Origin: a virus
Taxonomy: Duplodnaviria; Caudoviricetes
Direction: 5' to 3' (one strand)
DNA length: 41,982 nt
Virus record (IMG/VR): IMGVR_UViG_3300031954_000019
Coordinates: 1 to 41,982 of that record
Shown here: positions 25,125 to 35,420 of the stretch, piece by piece
How the letters are laid out: every line of letters starts with the position of its first letter
Numbering within the stretch: position 1 is the first letter of the stretch
The notes under the pieces: model-generated
The model's input: only the letters and a program-made list of their open reading frames with translations
Told to the model about the DNA's origin: nothing
Database searches by the model: none
Program-made: the position numbers and the translations under genes

Positions 25125-26674
25125 TGCTGTCCTGACGTTATTGCATCAGCCTGTTGAAACAGCAGCGCGTTGCCAGCTGGCGGGGTTTCGGCCGCACCGG
25201 CCAACCCAGACTGCTGCATCACATCTCTTATGGTCGTTTTGGGATTGTTACCGAATTCTAATTTCGTCACGTCATCCTGAGTGTATGGCACTGCCTTACG
25301 CATCTGAGACACAATCTGCCGGATATAGTCTTTTTGTGGTTCTGAAACTTTGGGACTAGAGAGATAGAGTTCAGTCCCTTTCTCGACGATCTGCCTGATT
25401 TGCGCCATCTTGCGCAGCTTTGTCAGATTCGACTGTCCCGGCTGAATGACCACTGCATCCATCATGTGAGTCAGTGAACCACTGGGCGCCAGTCCCGCCG
25501 CTTCGATCGCCGCGAGATTGCGCTGAATACCAGTGACCATCGTCTGGTAGTCCTGTACCTCTTGCGACGTCATCGCATTGACCAGACCAGACTTACTCGC
25601 GTCCAAAATACTGCCCTTTTCCGGCCTGCCCAGCCAACCTGATTGCACAGTAATCGGCAAGTTCATTATGTTCTGCACTTCCTGTGTAGCCTGCGCGGCG
25701 CCCTGCACGATACGGTCGAACTGCTGTTCGGCGCGCGAGCCCATGCCGCTGCCACTGGCGCTCTTAGGATCTTTCGGGCCGCCGGGGATCGGTTCGGCGA
25801 CCGGCCGCCCTGTCTCATCAGTCGCTAACTCACCATCCGGTGTCATCTTCCAGCGGTAGTTACTCGGCGGCTTGCCGAATTGGTCGAGCTGCTTGATCTT
25901 TGCGCGTACCAAATCCCGCTGTGCAATGGCTTCCGTCGTGCGCGCGTGCGCCTCCTCGATCTTCGTCTTCATCGTCCAATACGTCGCCGGATCATCCAGC
26001 TTGAGGAGGTTTTGCGAGGTGTCGTTTGTGACCTGCAAAGCACTCGTCAACGCACGCAGATTCGCATCAGATTGACCCGCATAGGCAGTCGAGAGCACCT
26101 GATAAACTTTGTATTGCTGATCGCTGTTAGCTTTCCACCGCTCATAATTCGCGTTGTATTTCTCATATGCGCGATTGAGTGCCGCTTCATCGCCAGCGAT
26201 CAGACCCGATGACATCCCGTTGAGCCCCTCCATCATAGCGAGGCCCCCGGCGCCGGATACCTTGCCGCCGATCGCCATCAGCGCGAACATCCATGGAGCG
26301 CCGGACATGATTTCGTTGATTTGAGAATGCGGCGGCGGCTCCGTGAACGGTTGCTGTGAGGCTTGAAATTCCCGCGCTAGAGAAACCTGCTGCTCACCCG
26401 ATCGGCGCGTCTCGGAGACTATATCCTGCGCAGCGGCGCGTTCACGTTCTCCCTCCGTTGCGACTTCCTTCCTGTACTCAGCCATTTGCTTGTCATAGCG
26501 CGCTTCATCGCTGGGAGTGGATGGCGCGGAAGGCTTTGCAGGAGTGGCCTTAGCTTGAGGGACGGAAGGAGTGGACGGTCCCGTGACGGCGCCGGGAATG
26601 CCCTGCAGTACGTCCCCGCCCAGACTCCACAAAGGGTCCGTTGGATCCGGCTGGAAGGTGTCAGCCATATTCAC
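25121..26674 (-). CDS. probable internal virion/DNA ejection protein
   Basis: Coiled-coil, Gly-rich hydrophobic segment and PPSNYRW...AEPIPGGPKDP motif. Confidence 0.65.
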   Translation of the reverse strand: MNMADTFQPDPTDPLWSLGGDVLQGIPGAVTGPSTPSVPQAKATPAKPSAPSTPSDEARYDKQMAEYRKEVATEGERERAAAQDIVSETRRSGEQQVSLAREFQASQQPFTEPPPHSQINEIMSGAPWMFALMAIGGKVSGAGGLAMMEGLNGMSSGLIAGDEAALNRAYEKYNANYERWKANSDQQYKVYQVLSTAYAGQSDANLRALTSALQVTNDTSQNLLKLDDPATYWTMKTKIEEAHARTTEAIAQRDLVRAKIKQLDQFGKPPSNYRWKMTPDGELATDETGRPVAEPIPGGPKDPKSASGSGMGSRAEQQFDRIVQGAAQATQEVQNIMNLPITVQSGWLGRPEKGSILDASKSGLVNAMTSQEVQDYQTMVTGIQRNLAAIEAAGLAPSGSLTHMMDAVVIQPGQSNLTKLRKMAQIRQIVEKGTELYLSSPKVSEPQKDYIRQIVSQMRKAVPYTQDDVTKLEFGNNPKTTIRDVMQQSGLAGAAETPPAGNALLFQQADAITSGQQ

Positions 26675-28890
26675 ATCCCGTAACCGGTGTACGAGGCGTA
26701 CCCGGTCGTCTGGTCCCCGTAGGGAGCATTAGCGAAACTGGTGTTGATCTGGCTCATGACATCAGAGCTAGTTTGCGACGTCGCGGCAGTTCCAGCCGCA
26801 TTGATGTCTGTCGCCATGCTCGTTTGATCGGCCGCGCTACCGCCGACATAGCTCGATGCTGGTAGCGATGCGCCAGCCCCGGCCGCTCCCGCTGCCCCGG
26901 CCGCCGCACCTGCCTTCTGCAAGGCATAAGCCTTGGCAAGGTTCGCCGAGTAATTGCTTAGGGCGCCCGCAACTTGAGAATTTGACTGTAGCGTGTCGGC
27001 CACTGCCTGCATGATTGGCGCGCCGCCGACAGCAAAGGCCGAGAACGCATTCTGGAAATTCTGGTCGACCTGCTGAATAGCGTACTGCTGACCCTGAATG
27101 ATCGTCTGCTGGCCCGCCTGCGTGCCCGTCAGCCATGAGTCGTATGCCTGATTCCCGGTAGCGAAATAACTATTCAGCATTTGCTGTTTGGTCATTAGTG
27201 CTTGCTGGTCAATCTGCGCGAAATAGGTCGCTGCGGTCGTCGAATCCGCATTTGGTCCGAGCGTTTGCACCACTTGCGCCTTAGCAGCTGCGACCTGTGC
27301 ATCGAGCTGCGCCTGATCCCCCGGCTTTAGGGTGCCGCTCTGGTACTGCGTGAAGTCCTGACCGGCGATTTGACCCACCTGCGTCGAGCCCTGAATCAGC
27401 GATTGTCCAGCTTGCTGAGTCGTCGTGAGATTCTGTTGTTGTAGCGGAGTCAACTGCCCCGTGAGTCCCCGATTCAAAAGGGTATTGCCCGCAGAAACGG
27501 CTGGTTGACCCAGAGAATAGAGCGGGGAAACCGCTGCCTGATTAGATTTCGTCGCCTGATTGGCGCCAAACAGACCGAGTCCGGTCAAAACCCCATACGT
27601 CCCCAGACCGGACAAGGGATCATTAGCGTTCGGCGCTCCGAAGAGATTGGACCCCAGACTGCCGGGAGAGGCGGCGGTTCCGTCTGGGGAGTCCTGCGTA
27701 CTAGTCCCAGCTTGTGGCGGCTGCGGGACGGACGGGTTTTGCATCATTCCCGGTATCGCAGAAGCGCCCAAGGCTCCGGCACCCATGAGTGCAGCCGATG
27801 TCGGGTCATTCGTCTGATAGTTGGGACCGATTTTTAAAGGCTGGCCTGCTGCCATGGCGGAGTTACTCCCGACGGTAGACTGTACTCTAGCTGTGCGGCC
27901 CTGCGCACTGCCTGCGGTATTTCCCAATGACCCAAAGCCTTGCACTTGCGGAGCCTGACCGGACACCCCGGTCCATTGCCCCTGCTGACCCGACTGATAT
28001 TCACCGATCATTTGAGTCAGCAGGTTCCCAATCGCTTGTTTCTCCGGCGCACCTTGAATAGTGCTGGTGTCTTTCCAACCGCCGGGGCTCATGGCATTGA
28101 TCCACGGTTCTACGGCTTTTGAATAGATCGCTTGAGGTGAATCCGTGGGAGATATTTGCCCGCGCGCGAGCGCTTGATTGATCGTCTGCGTCATGCCCTG
28201 CATGAACTGGTTTTCGCCCATGCGGCCGTACTTGCCATAGAACGGGATATTCGACCCGCGCGCATCGAAGATGCCGGCGAGCATCTGGTAATTCGTCGAC
28301 GGAGAGGCGCCCGTTACGCCCGCCGCGCCGTGCTGCTTGTAGGCTGCGGCGTACTGATCCCAGCCGATCGTTTCAGGATCCTGCTTGCCGGGACCAAATA
28401 GCGAGCTAGCCGCACCGACGGCGGCACCAACGCCCATGCCGATGAGCGTCCCCACGCCGGGGATAATCGAGCCTATCGCCCCGCCAGCCTGCGCTCCGAG
28501 GAGTACATCACTCCCGGTCGCACCAGACTTCCATCCCTTGGCGAAATTGTAGAGCGCCAGCGGGGCGGCTATATCCCCTGCGATCCCCCCCACTTCAGAA
28601 GGCAGCAGTCCCGTGTCTGCCCCCAGCTTGGCGGCATTCACGCCGGCTGTGAGGTCGCCCATGGCCCCACCCTGCTTTACTCCAGAGTAGATGCCGAGGA
28701 CGTCCGTCGCTATTCCTGCCCCGTACCCGACTTCTTTCGGGAGTGCACCCAGTCGCGAACCGAGAGAAGCCGCCGACGCACCAGCGCGTACGTCTCCTGC
28801 AACCCCGCCTTGACGCGAGCCACCATAGATGCCCAGAACATCTGTAGCACTCCCCAGTAATGGATTCTGATTTCCGGTGTTGATGTTCAT
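26671..28890 (-). CDS. probable DNA ejection/pilot protein, Gly/Ala/Gln-rich
   Basis: ATG 28890 overlaps upstream TGA; glycine zipper GAQAGGAIGSIIPGVGTLIGMGVGAAVG. Confidence 0.65.
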   Translation of the reverse strand: MNINTGNQNPLLGSATDVLGIYGGSRQGGVAGDVRAGASAASLGSRLGALPKEVGYGAGIATDVLGIYSGVKQGGAMGDLTAGVNAAKLGADTGLLPSEVGGIAGDIAAPLALYNFAKGWKSGATGSDVLLGAQAGGAIGSIIPGVGTLIGMGVGAAVGAASSLFGPGKQDPETIGWDQYAAAYKQHGAAGVTGASPSTNYQMLAGIFDARGSNIPFYGKYGRMGENQFMQGMTQTINQALARGQISPTDSPQAIYSKAVEPWINAMSPGGWKDTSTIQGAPEKQAIGNLLTQMIGEYQSGQQGQWTGVSGQAPQVQGFGSLGNTAGSAQGRTARVQSTVGSNSAMAAGQPLKIGPNYQTNDPTSAALMGAGALGASAIPGMMQNPSVPQPPQAGTSTQDSPDGTAASPGSLGSNLFGAPNANDPLSGLGTYGVLTGLGLFGANQATKSNQAAVSPLYSLGQPAVSAGNTLLNRGLTGQLTPLQQQNLTTTQQAGQSLIQGSTQVGQIAGQDFTQYQSGTLKPGDQAQLDAQVAAAKAQVVQTLGPNADSTTAATYFAQIDQQALMTKQQMLNSYFATGNQAYDSWLTGTQAGQQTIIQGQQYAIQQVDQNFQNAFSAFAVGGAPIMQAVADTLQSNSQVAGALSNYSANLAKAYALQKAGAAAGAAGAAGAGASLPASSYVGGSAADQTSMATDINAAGTAATSQTSSDVMSQINTSFANAPYGDQTTGYASYTGYGM

Positions 28891-29249
28891 GTCAGCCCGA
28901 AATACGCATCGATGTTCTGATGATCGATCGCGTGAATTCTCAACCAATCGATGCGCTGAGATTGGTTTTCCCAGCTGACCGTCTTGAGTCCTACCGTTCC
29001 GTTGAGCACTACCGTACCGGCGATTTTTCGGAGCGTCGTATGGCGATTGGCATGGCGTAGCAGCCAATCAGAATCAATCGCCCCCGTAAGATCCAGCGGC
29101 GGGAGCGTCGTCCCGGCTTTCGATAAGATGAGGTCATATGTCCTGTGCCTCATGTGATGCCACATGATGAAATTCTCTTCCCCACGCGGATCATCGAAGT
29201 CGTAGAACAACTCCGAGTGCGCCGCCTGCGGATAGATTTGAATCGTCAT
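28887..29249 (-). CDS. hypothetical protein with three HxxxH repeats
   Basis: FIMWHHMRH, WLLRHANRH, WLRIHAIDH. Confidence 0.7.
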   Translation of the reverse strand: MTIQIYPQAAHSELFYDFDDPRGEENFIMWHHMRHRTYDLILSKAGTTLPPLDLTGAIDSDWLLRHANRHTTLRKIAGTVVLNGTVGLKTVSWENQSQRIDWLRIHAIDHQNIDAYFGLT

Positions 29250-30103
29250 GCCAACCGCTTAACCACCATATAACTACCAGCCTGCACGATCGTCGCGTTG
29301 GCACTGGTTAGATTCTGCGCCCACTGCAGGGAAAAAAGTCCTGCCGTTGATGTTTTAATGCCCCCCTTGAATATAAGAGTATTTGAGACAACACTGCCAC
29401 CAACTAGAGGTTCAGAGGCTGCCGAGCCAAACGCGACTATGGATGGCGCCACAGAATTCTGTGTTACGCCTGAGAATAGAGTGTAATTCGCCGCCGCCGG
29501 ATCGAGAGTGCCGCTGTACGCTAACGTAAACAGTATCCCCGGTGTTCCCCCAGTGGCCCCCGGAGTGTTGCAGGAAAGGTATACCTCATAGGTATAAATC
29601 CCTGTGGCTGTCAGGTTCACCTGCAAATCCGGATCGTTAGCCAACACCACAGTATTTGCGCGTGACGTGCTTGCCAATTTCGTTCGCACTTGATTGAAGC
29701 TACCGAGCGAATAGCCGACGAGCACCCACGCATTTGCACTGGCACTGTAAATGAGGCGGTATATCCCCCCGACAACCAACTGATTAGGTTGTAATCCTGT
29801 CCCGTCACCGTTGGTAATAGTCTTTGCGCCTAACGCATTCACCTGCAGCGTCGGAGTACCGGAGGTGATGGTGTTCGCTACCTTGATATCTAGCGTTAAC
29901 CCATCCACCAAAGAGACAGTCAGCGGCGCACTGATCGTCACCTGCAGAGCGTTGACGACACCGGTATCGATGACATACAGGCTATAGGTGCCGATATCAT
30001 CGATCGCATTCCATACGTTCGTGAAATTGCTATCGAGGTTCGCCAACGACCACGGTGGCGCCAGCCCAGCAAAAGCGTTCTGTGAAGGTAGCGGTTTGCT
30101 CAT
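29246..30103 (-). CDS. tail fibre/appendage protein
   Basis: LANLDSNF anchor-like segment, DTGVVNA...PTLQVNALGAKTI fibre segment. Confidence 0.65.
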   Translation of the reverse strand: MSKPLPSQNAFAGLAPPWSLANLDSNFTNVWNAIDDIGTYSLYVIDTGVVNALQVTISAPLTVSLVDGLTLDIKVANTITSGTPTLQVNALGAKTITNGDGTGLQPNQLVVGGIYRLIYSASANAWVLVGYSLGSFNQVRTKLASTSRANTVVLANDPDLQVNLTATGIYTYEVYLSCNTPGATGGTPGILFTLAYSGTLDPAAANYTLFSGVTQNSVAPSIVAFGSAASEPLVGGSVVSNTLIFKGGIKTSTAGLFSLQWAQNLTSANATIVQAGSYMVVKRLA

Positions 30104-31698
30104 AGCCAACGGTCCCGTATCTTGTAATCGAGTGCCAAAAGATGCGTCTCAGCGTGAAAACCGGTGAACGTAAGTGTCAGGCCGACATGTCTCCCAAAAC
30201 CACCCTGAGCGTCTGTCACCAGCAGGAACAGGCCGGGAGCTACCCAGCCGCCCGTCTGCAGTGCGTTGTTGATCCAGAGGCCCTGCACACCGAATTGGTT
30301 GATCCAGTTTCCAGTTGCCAGATTCTGATTTAACGTCAGCGGTATACTGGTAAATTCAGTATCTAAAGACAGTGCAACATTAGTACCGGTGTTGAATGCG
30401 TAGAATTCCACGCCGGCCGTGATCGCTTCTTTGCGCGCCAGTTCATCTTCCATCGGCCACAGCTTCGTAGTAGCCGAGGACGCCGGGAGATTGTTCTCGT
30501 CGACAAAGAACTGGTACAGCTTATTTCCTATGAAGCCAAATAGCGCCGGCTCATTGGCTACCATTCCAGTCACGATGAACGTCACCGCTCCGAAATTGCA
30601 GAACCACCAAATGTCGGTGTTCTCAGTGACACCGGTCTGAGGCGCAGTGTCTGACTGCTGGAACCACAGGGCGATTATGTTGCGGTTCCCAAATGTCGGA
30701 TCGCCGGTCTGCTTAAGCAGAAACGCGCCACACAGAATGCTTTCAACGACTACCTGCCCGCCGGATATCTGCTGCGTGAAGTCAACGTACTGCCACGTCC
30801 CATCGATGTCGCCCGACACCTTGGGCGCCGACACGCCGAATAGCGTATGGCCGCCGTATTTGCTGGCGAACATCAGATAGCGGTCGTAAGCGAAAATCGA
30901 CGCCGGCTGGTCCGTGCCTATCAGTGCTTGGATGTTCTGATTGGAGAACAGTGGTGTCGGAGGAGATGCGCCACTCGGCACGTACACGTCCGATATCGCA
31001 TTGATCGACGACTGCGCAATCAGGTAGAGATAGCCGTTCTGGGCCTTCAGCCGCGAAACCGTTGACCGGATTTGTGGGTCCACAAGCGTGACGACTTGCG
31101 CCCCGTTGGCAGCCGTAAAGTTGGCCGCGACGTAGCCGATCCCGCCGCCGTTCCCTGTGACGTAGAGCTGCCGGTTGTTGACGATCCAGACATATTGCGC
31201 ATAGACCGCAATAGACTGTCCGGCAGTAGGGACTCCGGCACCGGTGATTTTGGTAAATGTCGCTCCGTCATAAGAGTAATACCCCGTTGAATCAATGAAG
31301 AGAATCGCTGTGTTCTGCCACTGGTCGCACTGCGAGCCGGCACCAGAAAGCAAATTGCCGACATTTACCTGTGCCGATGTGTGCGCGTTGATGTTGTAGA
31401 AGAAAACCTTGCCGTTGCTGGCGAAGTTCACCAGATATTCGACCCCGTTGAGGTTGACTCCCTGCGACCAATAAATTGTGTCCGTAGTGTAGTCAACTAG
31501 CGCCGAGGACAGGTTGTGCACGACATGCAGGTTCTGATTCCCGATCGGAATCATGTTCACTAAGTCGTAGAAATAATCATCGGGAATCGCGGTGCGCGAC
31601 GCGCGCGTGTACACGCCCTTAAATGCGCTGAATGTCTTGTTGAGAAGAGGGGCCGGATCCCCTTGGGCGCCAGCATTCGGTTGCGGTATCTGGCCCAT
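30100..31698 (-). CDS. tail nozzle/packaged-DNA stabilisation protein (beta-propeller-like)
   Basis: Beta-rich 532-aa protein directly after adaptor; TAATG coupling at 31698. Confidence 0.65.
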   Translation of the reverse strand: MGQIPQPNAGAQGDPAPLLNKTFSAFKGVYTRASRTAIPDDYFYDLVNMIPIGNQNLHVVHNLSSALVDYTTDTIYWSQGVNLNGVEYLVNFASNGKVFFYNINAHTSAQVNVGNLLSGAGSQCDQWQNTAILFIDSTGYYSYDGATFTKITGAGVPTAGQSIAVYAQYVWIVNNRQLYVTGNGGGIGYVAANFTAANGAQVVTLVDPQIRSTVSRLKAQNGYLYLIAQSSINAISDVYVPSGASPPTPLFSNQNIQALIGTDQPASIFAYDRYLMFASKYGGHTLFGVSAPKVSGDIDGTWQYVDFTQQISGGQVVVESILCGAFLLKQTGDPTFGNRNIIALWFQQSDTAPQTGVTENTDIWWFCNFGAVTFIVTGMVANEPALFGFIGNKLYQFFVDENNLPASSATTKLWPMEDELARKEAITAGVEFYAFNTGTNVALSLDTEFTSIPLTLNQNLATGNWINQFGVQGLWINNALQTGGWVAPGLFLLVTDAQGGFGRHVGLTLTFTGFHAETHLLALDYKIRDRWL

Positions 31699-32363
31699 TA
31701 CGGCAACTTCGAATAGGGATTCTTGATGATGCGGCTGGCCCACGCGAGCGCACAGCGCTTCAGTATCTCCTGATAGAGGTCAAGGAAATACTTGGCCTCA
31801 CCCTGCGCCTGCGGTTTTAACTTAGCTTTGTAAGCCGCGTAATACTGCACCGGCTCCGTAAAGGGCACCGGGATAGGTTCAGGATCGGCGTCGGTCACAA
31901 GCGCGACCGGGATAACCGCGACGTCCCAGTCGCAGGGGTAATTCTGGTTCGGCACGGGGCCAACACAGATTTGCGTGGCGCCGATGCGCGTGAAAGCTAT
32001 CGGCCAATCCTGAAAGTTCACCCAGCCACGGATGAACGCATCGAATTGCGTGTACGGCAGATACTGCAGCTTCAGTCGCTCGTTGTTCACGATGACCGAA
32101 ATCCCCATGACGTCGACGAGGTTCGCGCCAAATGGCGCAGGCAGGAACGTCTGTGGGGTGTAGAATTCCACGCCCTGCGAGAACAGCATCGCAGGATACG
32201 TGCTCGACAGCAGCACCTGACGCAACGCTTTCGAGTCCTGACAGACCCGATTGCGCGCTTCGTTGATGTAGCCGGTTACTTCAGCGGCAGACCAGAGGAG
32301 CCCGTTGGGATCGTGCAGCAGGTTGTTCTGCACTTGGGACAGGTAGGTGCTGAGCGCTCCCAC
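31698..32363 (-). CDS. head-tail adaptor protein
   Basis: LHDPNG..WS..E...YINEAR, GPVPNQNY, YYAAYKAK. Confidence 0.7.
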   Translation of the reverse strand: MGALSTYLSQVQNNLLHDPNGLLWSAAEVTGYINEARNRVCQDSKALRQVLLSSTYPAMLFSQGVEFYTPQTFLPAPFGANLVDVMGISVIVNNERLKLQYLPYTQFDAFIRGWVNFQDWPIAFTRIGATQICVGPVPNQNYPCDWDVAVIPVALVTDADPEPIPVPFTEPVQYYAAYKAKLKPQAQGEAKYFLDLYQEILKRCALAWASRIIKNPYSKLP

Positions 32364-32374
32364 ATTTCACTGCC

Positions 32375-32860
32375 CTAGTGGTTCCCGTCTTTGATCTTGC
32401 GCGAGGGTTGATCGGGAGCCGCAGCCGTCACGGCTCCCGTCTTCCCACCACCTATAGGCGAGGGCACCCGCGCATCTGGTGATTCTGTCGACTCCGGCAG
32501 TTCCATCTGTGGAAGGCCGGAATTCTCTTCCGGTTTCCGCAAGCGTAACAAATGCGGGAACGGCGGCACTTCTTCGAAACGTACCTGCGTCCGCAGCGTA
32601 TCGAGTCCCGCCTTGGTGTCGCCGCTAGATGCTACCCAGCCGAGACGCAGCAGCGCCGGCATCTTGTCCTGAATTTTCGGGTCGTCCGATCGCTCCGGCA
32701 AGCCGAAGCCAAAGACGTGACGAGCGACGTCCATGTGGACATCATTGGGGACGTTGTGACGGAAAATGTAATTCTCCCCGTCATAGCGGCCTTCGATGTC
32801 CACTCCGGTCGTCTGCGTGACCCGAATGAAGTTCTCGACGTGTAATTCCAGCTTCGCCAT
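32375..32860 (-). CDS. hypothetical protein
   Basis: 161-aa ORF, GAGGTAAGGGCAC upstream. Confidence 0.7.
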   Translation of the reverse strand: MAKLELHVENFIRVTQTTGVDIEGRYDGENYIFRHNVPNDVHMDVARHVFGFGLPERSDDPKIQDKMPALLRLGWVASSGDTKAGLDTLRTQVRFEEVPPFPHLLRLRKPEENSGLPQMELPESTESPDARVPSPIGGGKTGAVTAAAPDQPSRKIKDGNH

Positions 32861-32877
32861 GTGCCCTTACCTCGTCA

Positions 32878-33555
32878 TCAATTGATGACGTTGAACGTCG
32901 ATGTCGCTGTCGTGCCGTTCGCCCAGACGGCGCCACCGGGAGGAGCTATCCACAGCTGACCGTTCGTAGACGCCGACACCTGATCACGCCACGTCGGCGC
33001 GGTTCCCGGTGTCCCCGATGCCGGCGTTGACTGTGGGTCAAGGATAAAAGCGTTGTTGTCGGTGTTTACGCGCACGGCACAGTTCGCTCCGCAGCGCGCG
33101 TTGACCATGGCTCCCGTCAGCTGCGGCGGCGGGAACGGCGTCACCACGGTGGAAATAGTCTGCGTGGGGCCACCCGCGAAGGATGAGCCGAAACTGGCAA
33201 GGAAGTTGGGGTAGAAGATCGGGATGACCGTCGCCGACGTCACGGTCGCTGCCGTGATCGTGCAGTAGAACGTGAAGGTCGTCGTCGAAGGAATCGATAG
33301 GATGCGGAAAACATTTCCCACCAGCACCCCGGTTCCGGTAATGGCAGACGTCGAGCCACCGAAAGTGATGAAGTAATTCGGCATGACCCCTGCCGCCGGA
33401 GTGAGCGTCAATCCATGCGCAGCGTTCGATGTGAACGTAGCGATATTGTTCGACGCCGCATAAGTCGCGCCTACGCCGGCCGGAATTACGAACTGCGTGA
33501 CAGTCAGTTCCGGTTCTAGGTCTGACCCCTGATAGGGCAGTTTAAGGTCTGACAT
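32878..33555 (-). CDS. capsid-associated/decoration-like protein
   Basis: Thr/Ala-rich beta protein right after the capsid gene; ATFTSNAAHGL...SIPSTTTFTF. Confidence 0.6.
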   Translation of the reverse strand: MSDLKLPYQGSDLEPELTVTQFVIPAGVGATYAASNNIATFTSNAAHGLTLTPAAGVMPNYFITFGGSTSAITGTGVLVGNVFRILSIPSTTTFTFYCTITAATVTSATVIPIFYPNFLASFGSSFAGGPTQTISTVVTPFPPPQLTGAMVNARCGANCAVRVNTDNNAFILDPQSTPASGTPGTAPTWRDQVSASTNGQLWIAPPGGAVWANGTTATSTFNVIN

Positions 33556-33567
33556 TCGTGCACTCCA

Positions 33568-34596
33568 TCAAATGGTCGCAAAGGTGAACTGCGTTCCCAC
33601 GCTGCCCACAGTTCCGACGCGGCCGGTTGTTCGCGGCTTGGCGCACACCAGTTCAAGCAGTGTGACGACGCCTCCGATGTAGCCGATCTGATACACCGGC
33701 AACAGAGATTCAAAGCCGGTGAATGAGAAATTCGCCATGCTGTGGAAATACAGTGCCGTGTAGCTGGAATGCCAGATGTACATGATCCCTTCTGGGCAGT
33801 ACGGATCGGCATAGATCGGCACTCCGCCGATGTCCAGCGCGCGGAACAGCGAGCGTGGCCGATCAGCATCCGTGTCGAATCCAGTTCCCGGCAGGATCTG
33901 GTAGGACTCCAATCCCTGATAGTCCTGCTGAACCAGCTTGAGCCACGTTCCGAGCCCCAGCACCGCCATGGTGGGCATTTCGGACCCGTATTTGTTCACG
34001 CCGACAAGGTATTGCAGGATCAGCGAGCGCGTCGGCGCCACGCCGCCTGCGTTGTACACCTTGGCTTGCCAGAACGTGCTCGTCGACCGGCTGATATTCC
34101 CGTAGGTCGCAGCATTCGTCCCGTCATCGAATGCCGCATTCAGGCCAATCAGCTGCTGGGCATTGCTGACGTTAACGAACAGTGCATTCGATAGCACGTC
34201 GACCGTGCTGTTCGTCGCGTCATTGAATACTGCTTCGATGCGCGGAATGATGGCGTGATCCGCCTGCACAGCACCCTCAAATCCATAGAACGGGATCGGA
34301 GTGACCATGCCCTTGAGGTTGAATTCGGCCGGCTGGATGCCCTGAATGTTCGCCGGCTGGGAGAATGACCCGTCGAATCCCACCCACTGCGGGACTGTCA
34401 GGGCCTGACCCTGCACGGGCACAGTGACGGATGAAATGCCGCCCGAGGCGACTTTCGCGTGTTGCATCAGGGCCGCGAATGTCGGGCTCGCGTTGTAGAT
34501 TTGCACGTACATCGTCGGCACGAATGCACGGCGGGTAATGGCGGAGTATTCGGTGAAACTCGCACCAGTTGGCATTATCCCCGATGAGAATGGCAT
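33568..34596 (-). CDS. major capsid protein
   Basis: 342 aa; ITRRAFVP..VQIYNASP, YGNISRS...WQ, GVPIYADPYCPEG; follows portal and scaffold; GAGGAG RBS. Confidence 0.85.
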   Translation of the reverse strand: MPFSSGIMPTGASFTEYSAITRRAFVPTMYVQIYNASPTFAALMQHAKVASGGISSVTVPVQGQALTVPQWVGFDGSFSQPANIQGIQPAEFNLKGMVTPIPFYGFEGAVQADHAIIPRIEAVFNDATNSTVDVLSNALFVNVSNAQQLIGLNAAFDDGTNAATYGNISRSTSTFWQAKVYNAGGVAPTRSLILQYLVGVNKYGSEMPTMAVLGLGTWLKLVQQDYQGLESYQILPGTGFDTDADRPRSLFRALDIGGVPIYADPYCPEGIMYIWHSSYTALYFHSMANFSFTGFESLLPVYQIGYIGGVVTLLELVCAKPRTTGRVGTVGSVGTQFTFATI

Positions 34597-34666
34597 AGAC
34601 GGGCACTCCTCACGTCAGACCGTGTAGCCGGCCTCGTGCTGGTGCCCTTTGTAGTTGTCGGCCTGA

Positions 34667-35200
34667 CTACGCCCGCTTGCGCTGCGCAATCAGTTCATTC
34701 AGAACCTTGTAACCTTCCGCTTCCCGCCACTTGACGGGATCGTTCCACATCTCTTTGAGATTGGGAATCTTGAACGGCGCAAACTGTTCTGGTGTCGGCT
34801 CAGCCAGATGCTGCCTCTGCTGTACTAGTTCGATGATGATGCCGTAACCCTCATCCGTCGGCGGGATACCGTGTTTTTCCATCAGTTCATTGACCATCTT
34901 CACATCAAGGCCCGCTTCCTCGATGCGTTTGTGCTGACGAGCGAGGTTCTCGCGCGCATCACGTTCCAATAGACGTTTTTCGAGTTCGGCTACTCTTGAA
35001 TTGGCGTTCTCTTGGGCTTTGCGAGCCTCTTCCTTGGCGGCGATATCGGGAAACGTCAGCGTGCTGTCTTTCTTCTGCAGCAGCTTCGCCGTCGCCTCGC
35101 GCGTATCAGGATCAACAAGCAGTTGCCGGGTCAACCGGCCGATGTTGAGTTCAGCCCGTTGCTCTTGAGAAAGGTTCTCAAGGCTCGCGTCGTTCGCCAC
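34667..35200 (-). CDS. probable scaffolding protein
   Basis: Charged coiled-coil protein immediately upstream of the capsid gene. Confidence 0.6.
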   Translation of the reverse strand: MANDASLENLSQEQRAELNIGRLTRQLLVDPDTREATAKLLQKKDSTLTFPDIAAKEEARKAQENANSRVAELEKRLLERDARENLARQHKRIEEAGLDVKMVNELMEKHGIPPTDEGYGIIIELVQQRQHLAEPTPEQFAPFKIPNLKEMWNDPVKWREAEGYKVLNELIAQRKRA

Positions 35201-35201
35201 G

Positions 35202-35411
35202 TTACTTCACCGGCACCGCGCGTTCAGTCGAGCCCGGTTTACCGAGCGTCGCTGTCGATGAGAAAAACCCCCGCGCATTCCCCGATGTCAGGCCACCGAA
35301 TTCAGCGTAGCGACGCGGATTCATAATGTTTCCGTGCGCTCGCTCGTTGGTAAGCGGATCGCGTATTGAAAGCCCATCTGCTGGCATGAAAAGACGTTTT
35401 TGAGCAGGCAT
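35202..35411 (-). CDS. hypothetical head-module protein
   Basis: AGGAG RBS; IRDP...GNIMNPRRYAEFGGL. Confidence 0.7.
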   Translation of the reverse strand: MPAQKRLFMPADGLSIRDPLTNERAHGNIMNPRRYAEFGGLTSGNARGFFSSTATLGKPGSTERAVPVK

Positions 35412-35420
35412 TGTTATCTC

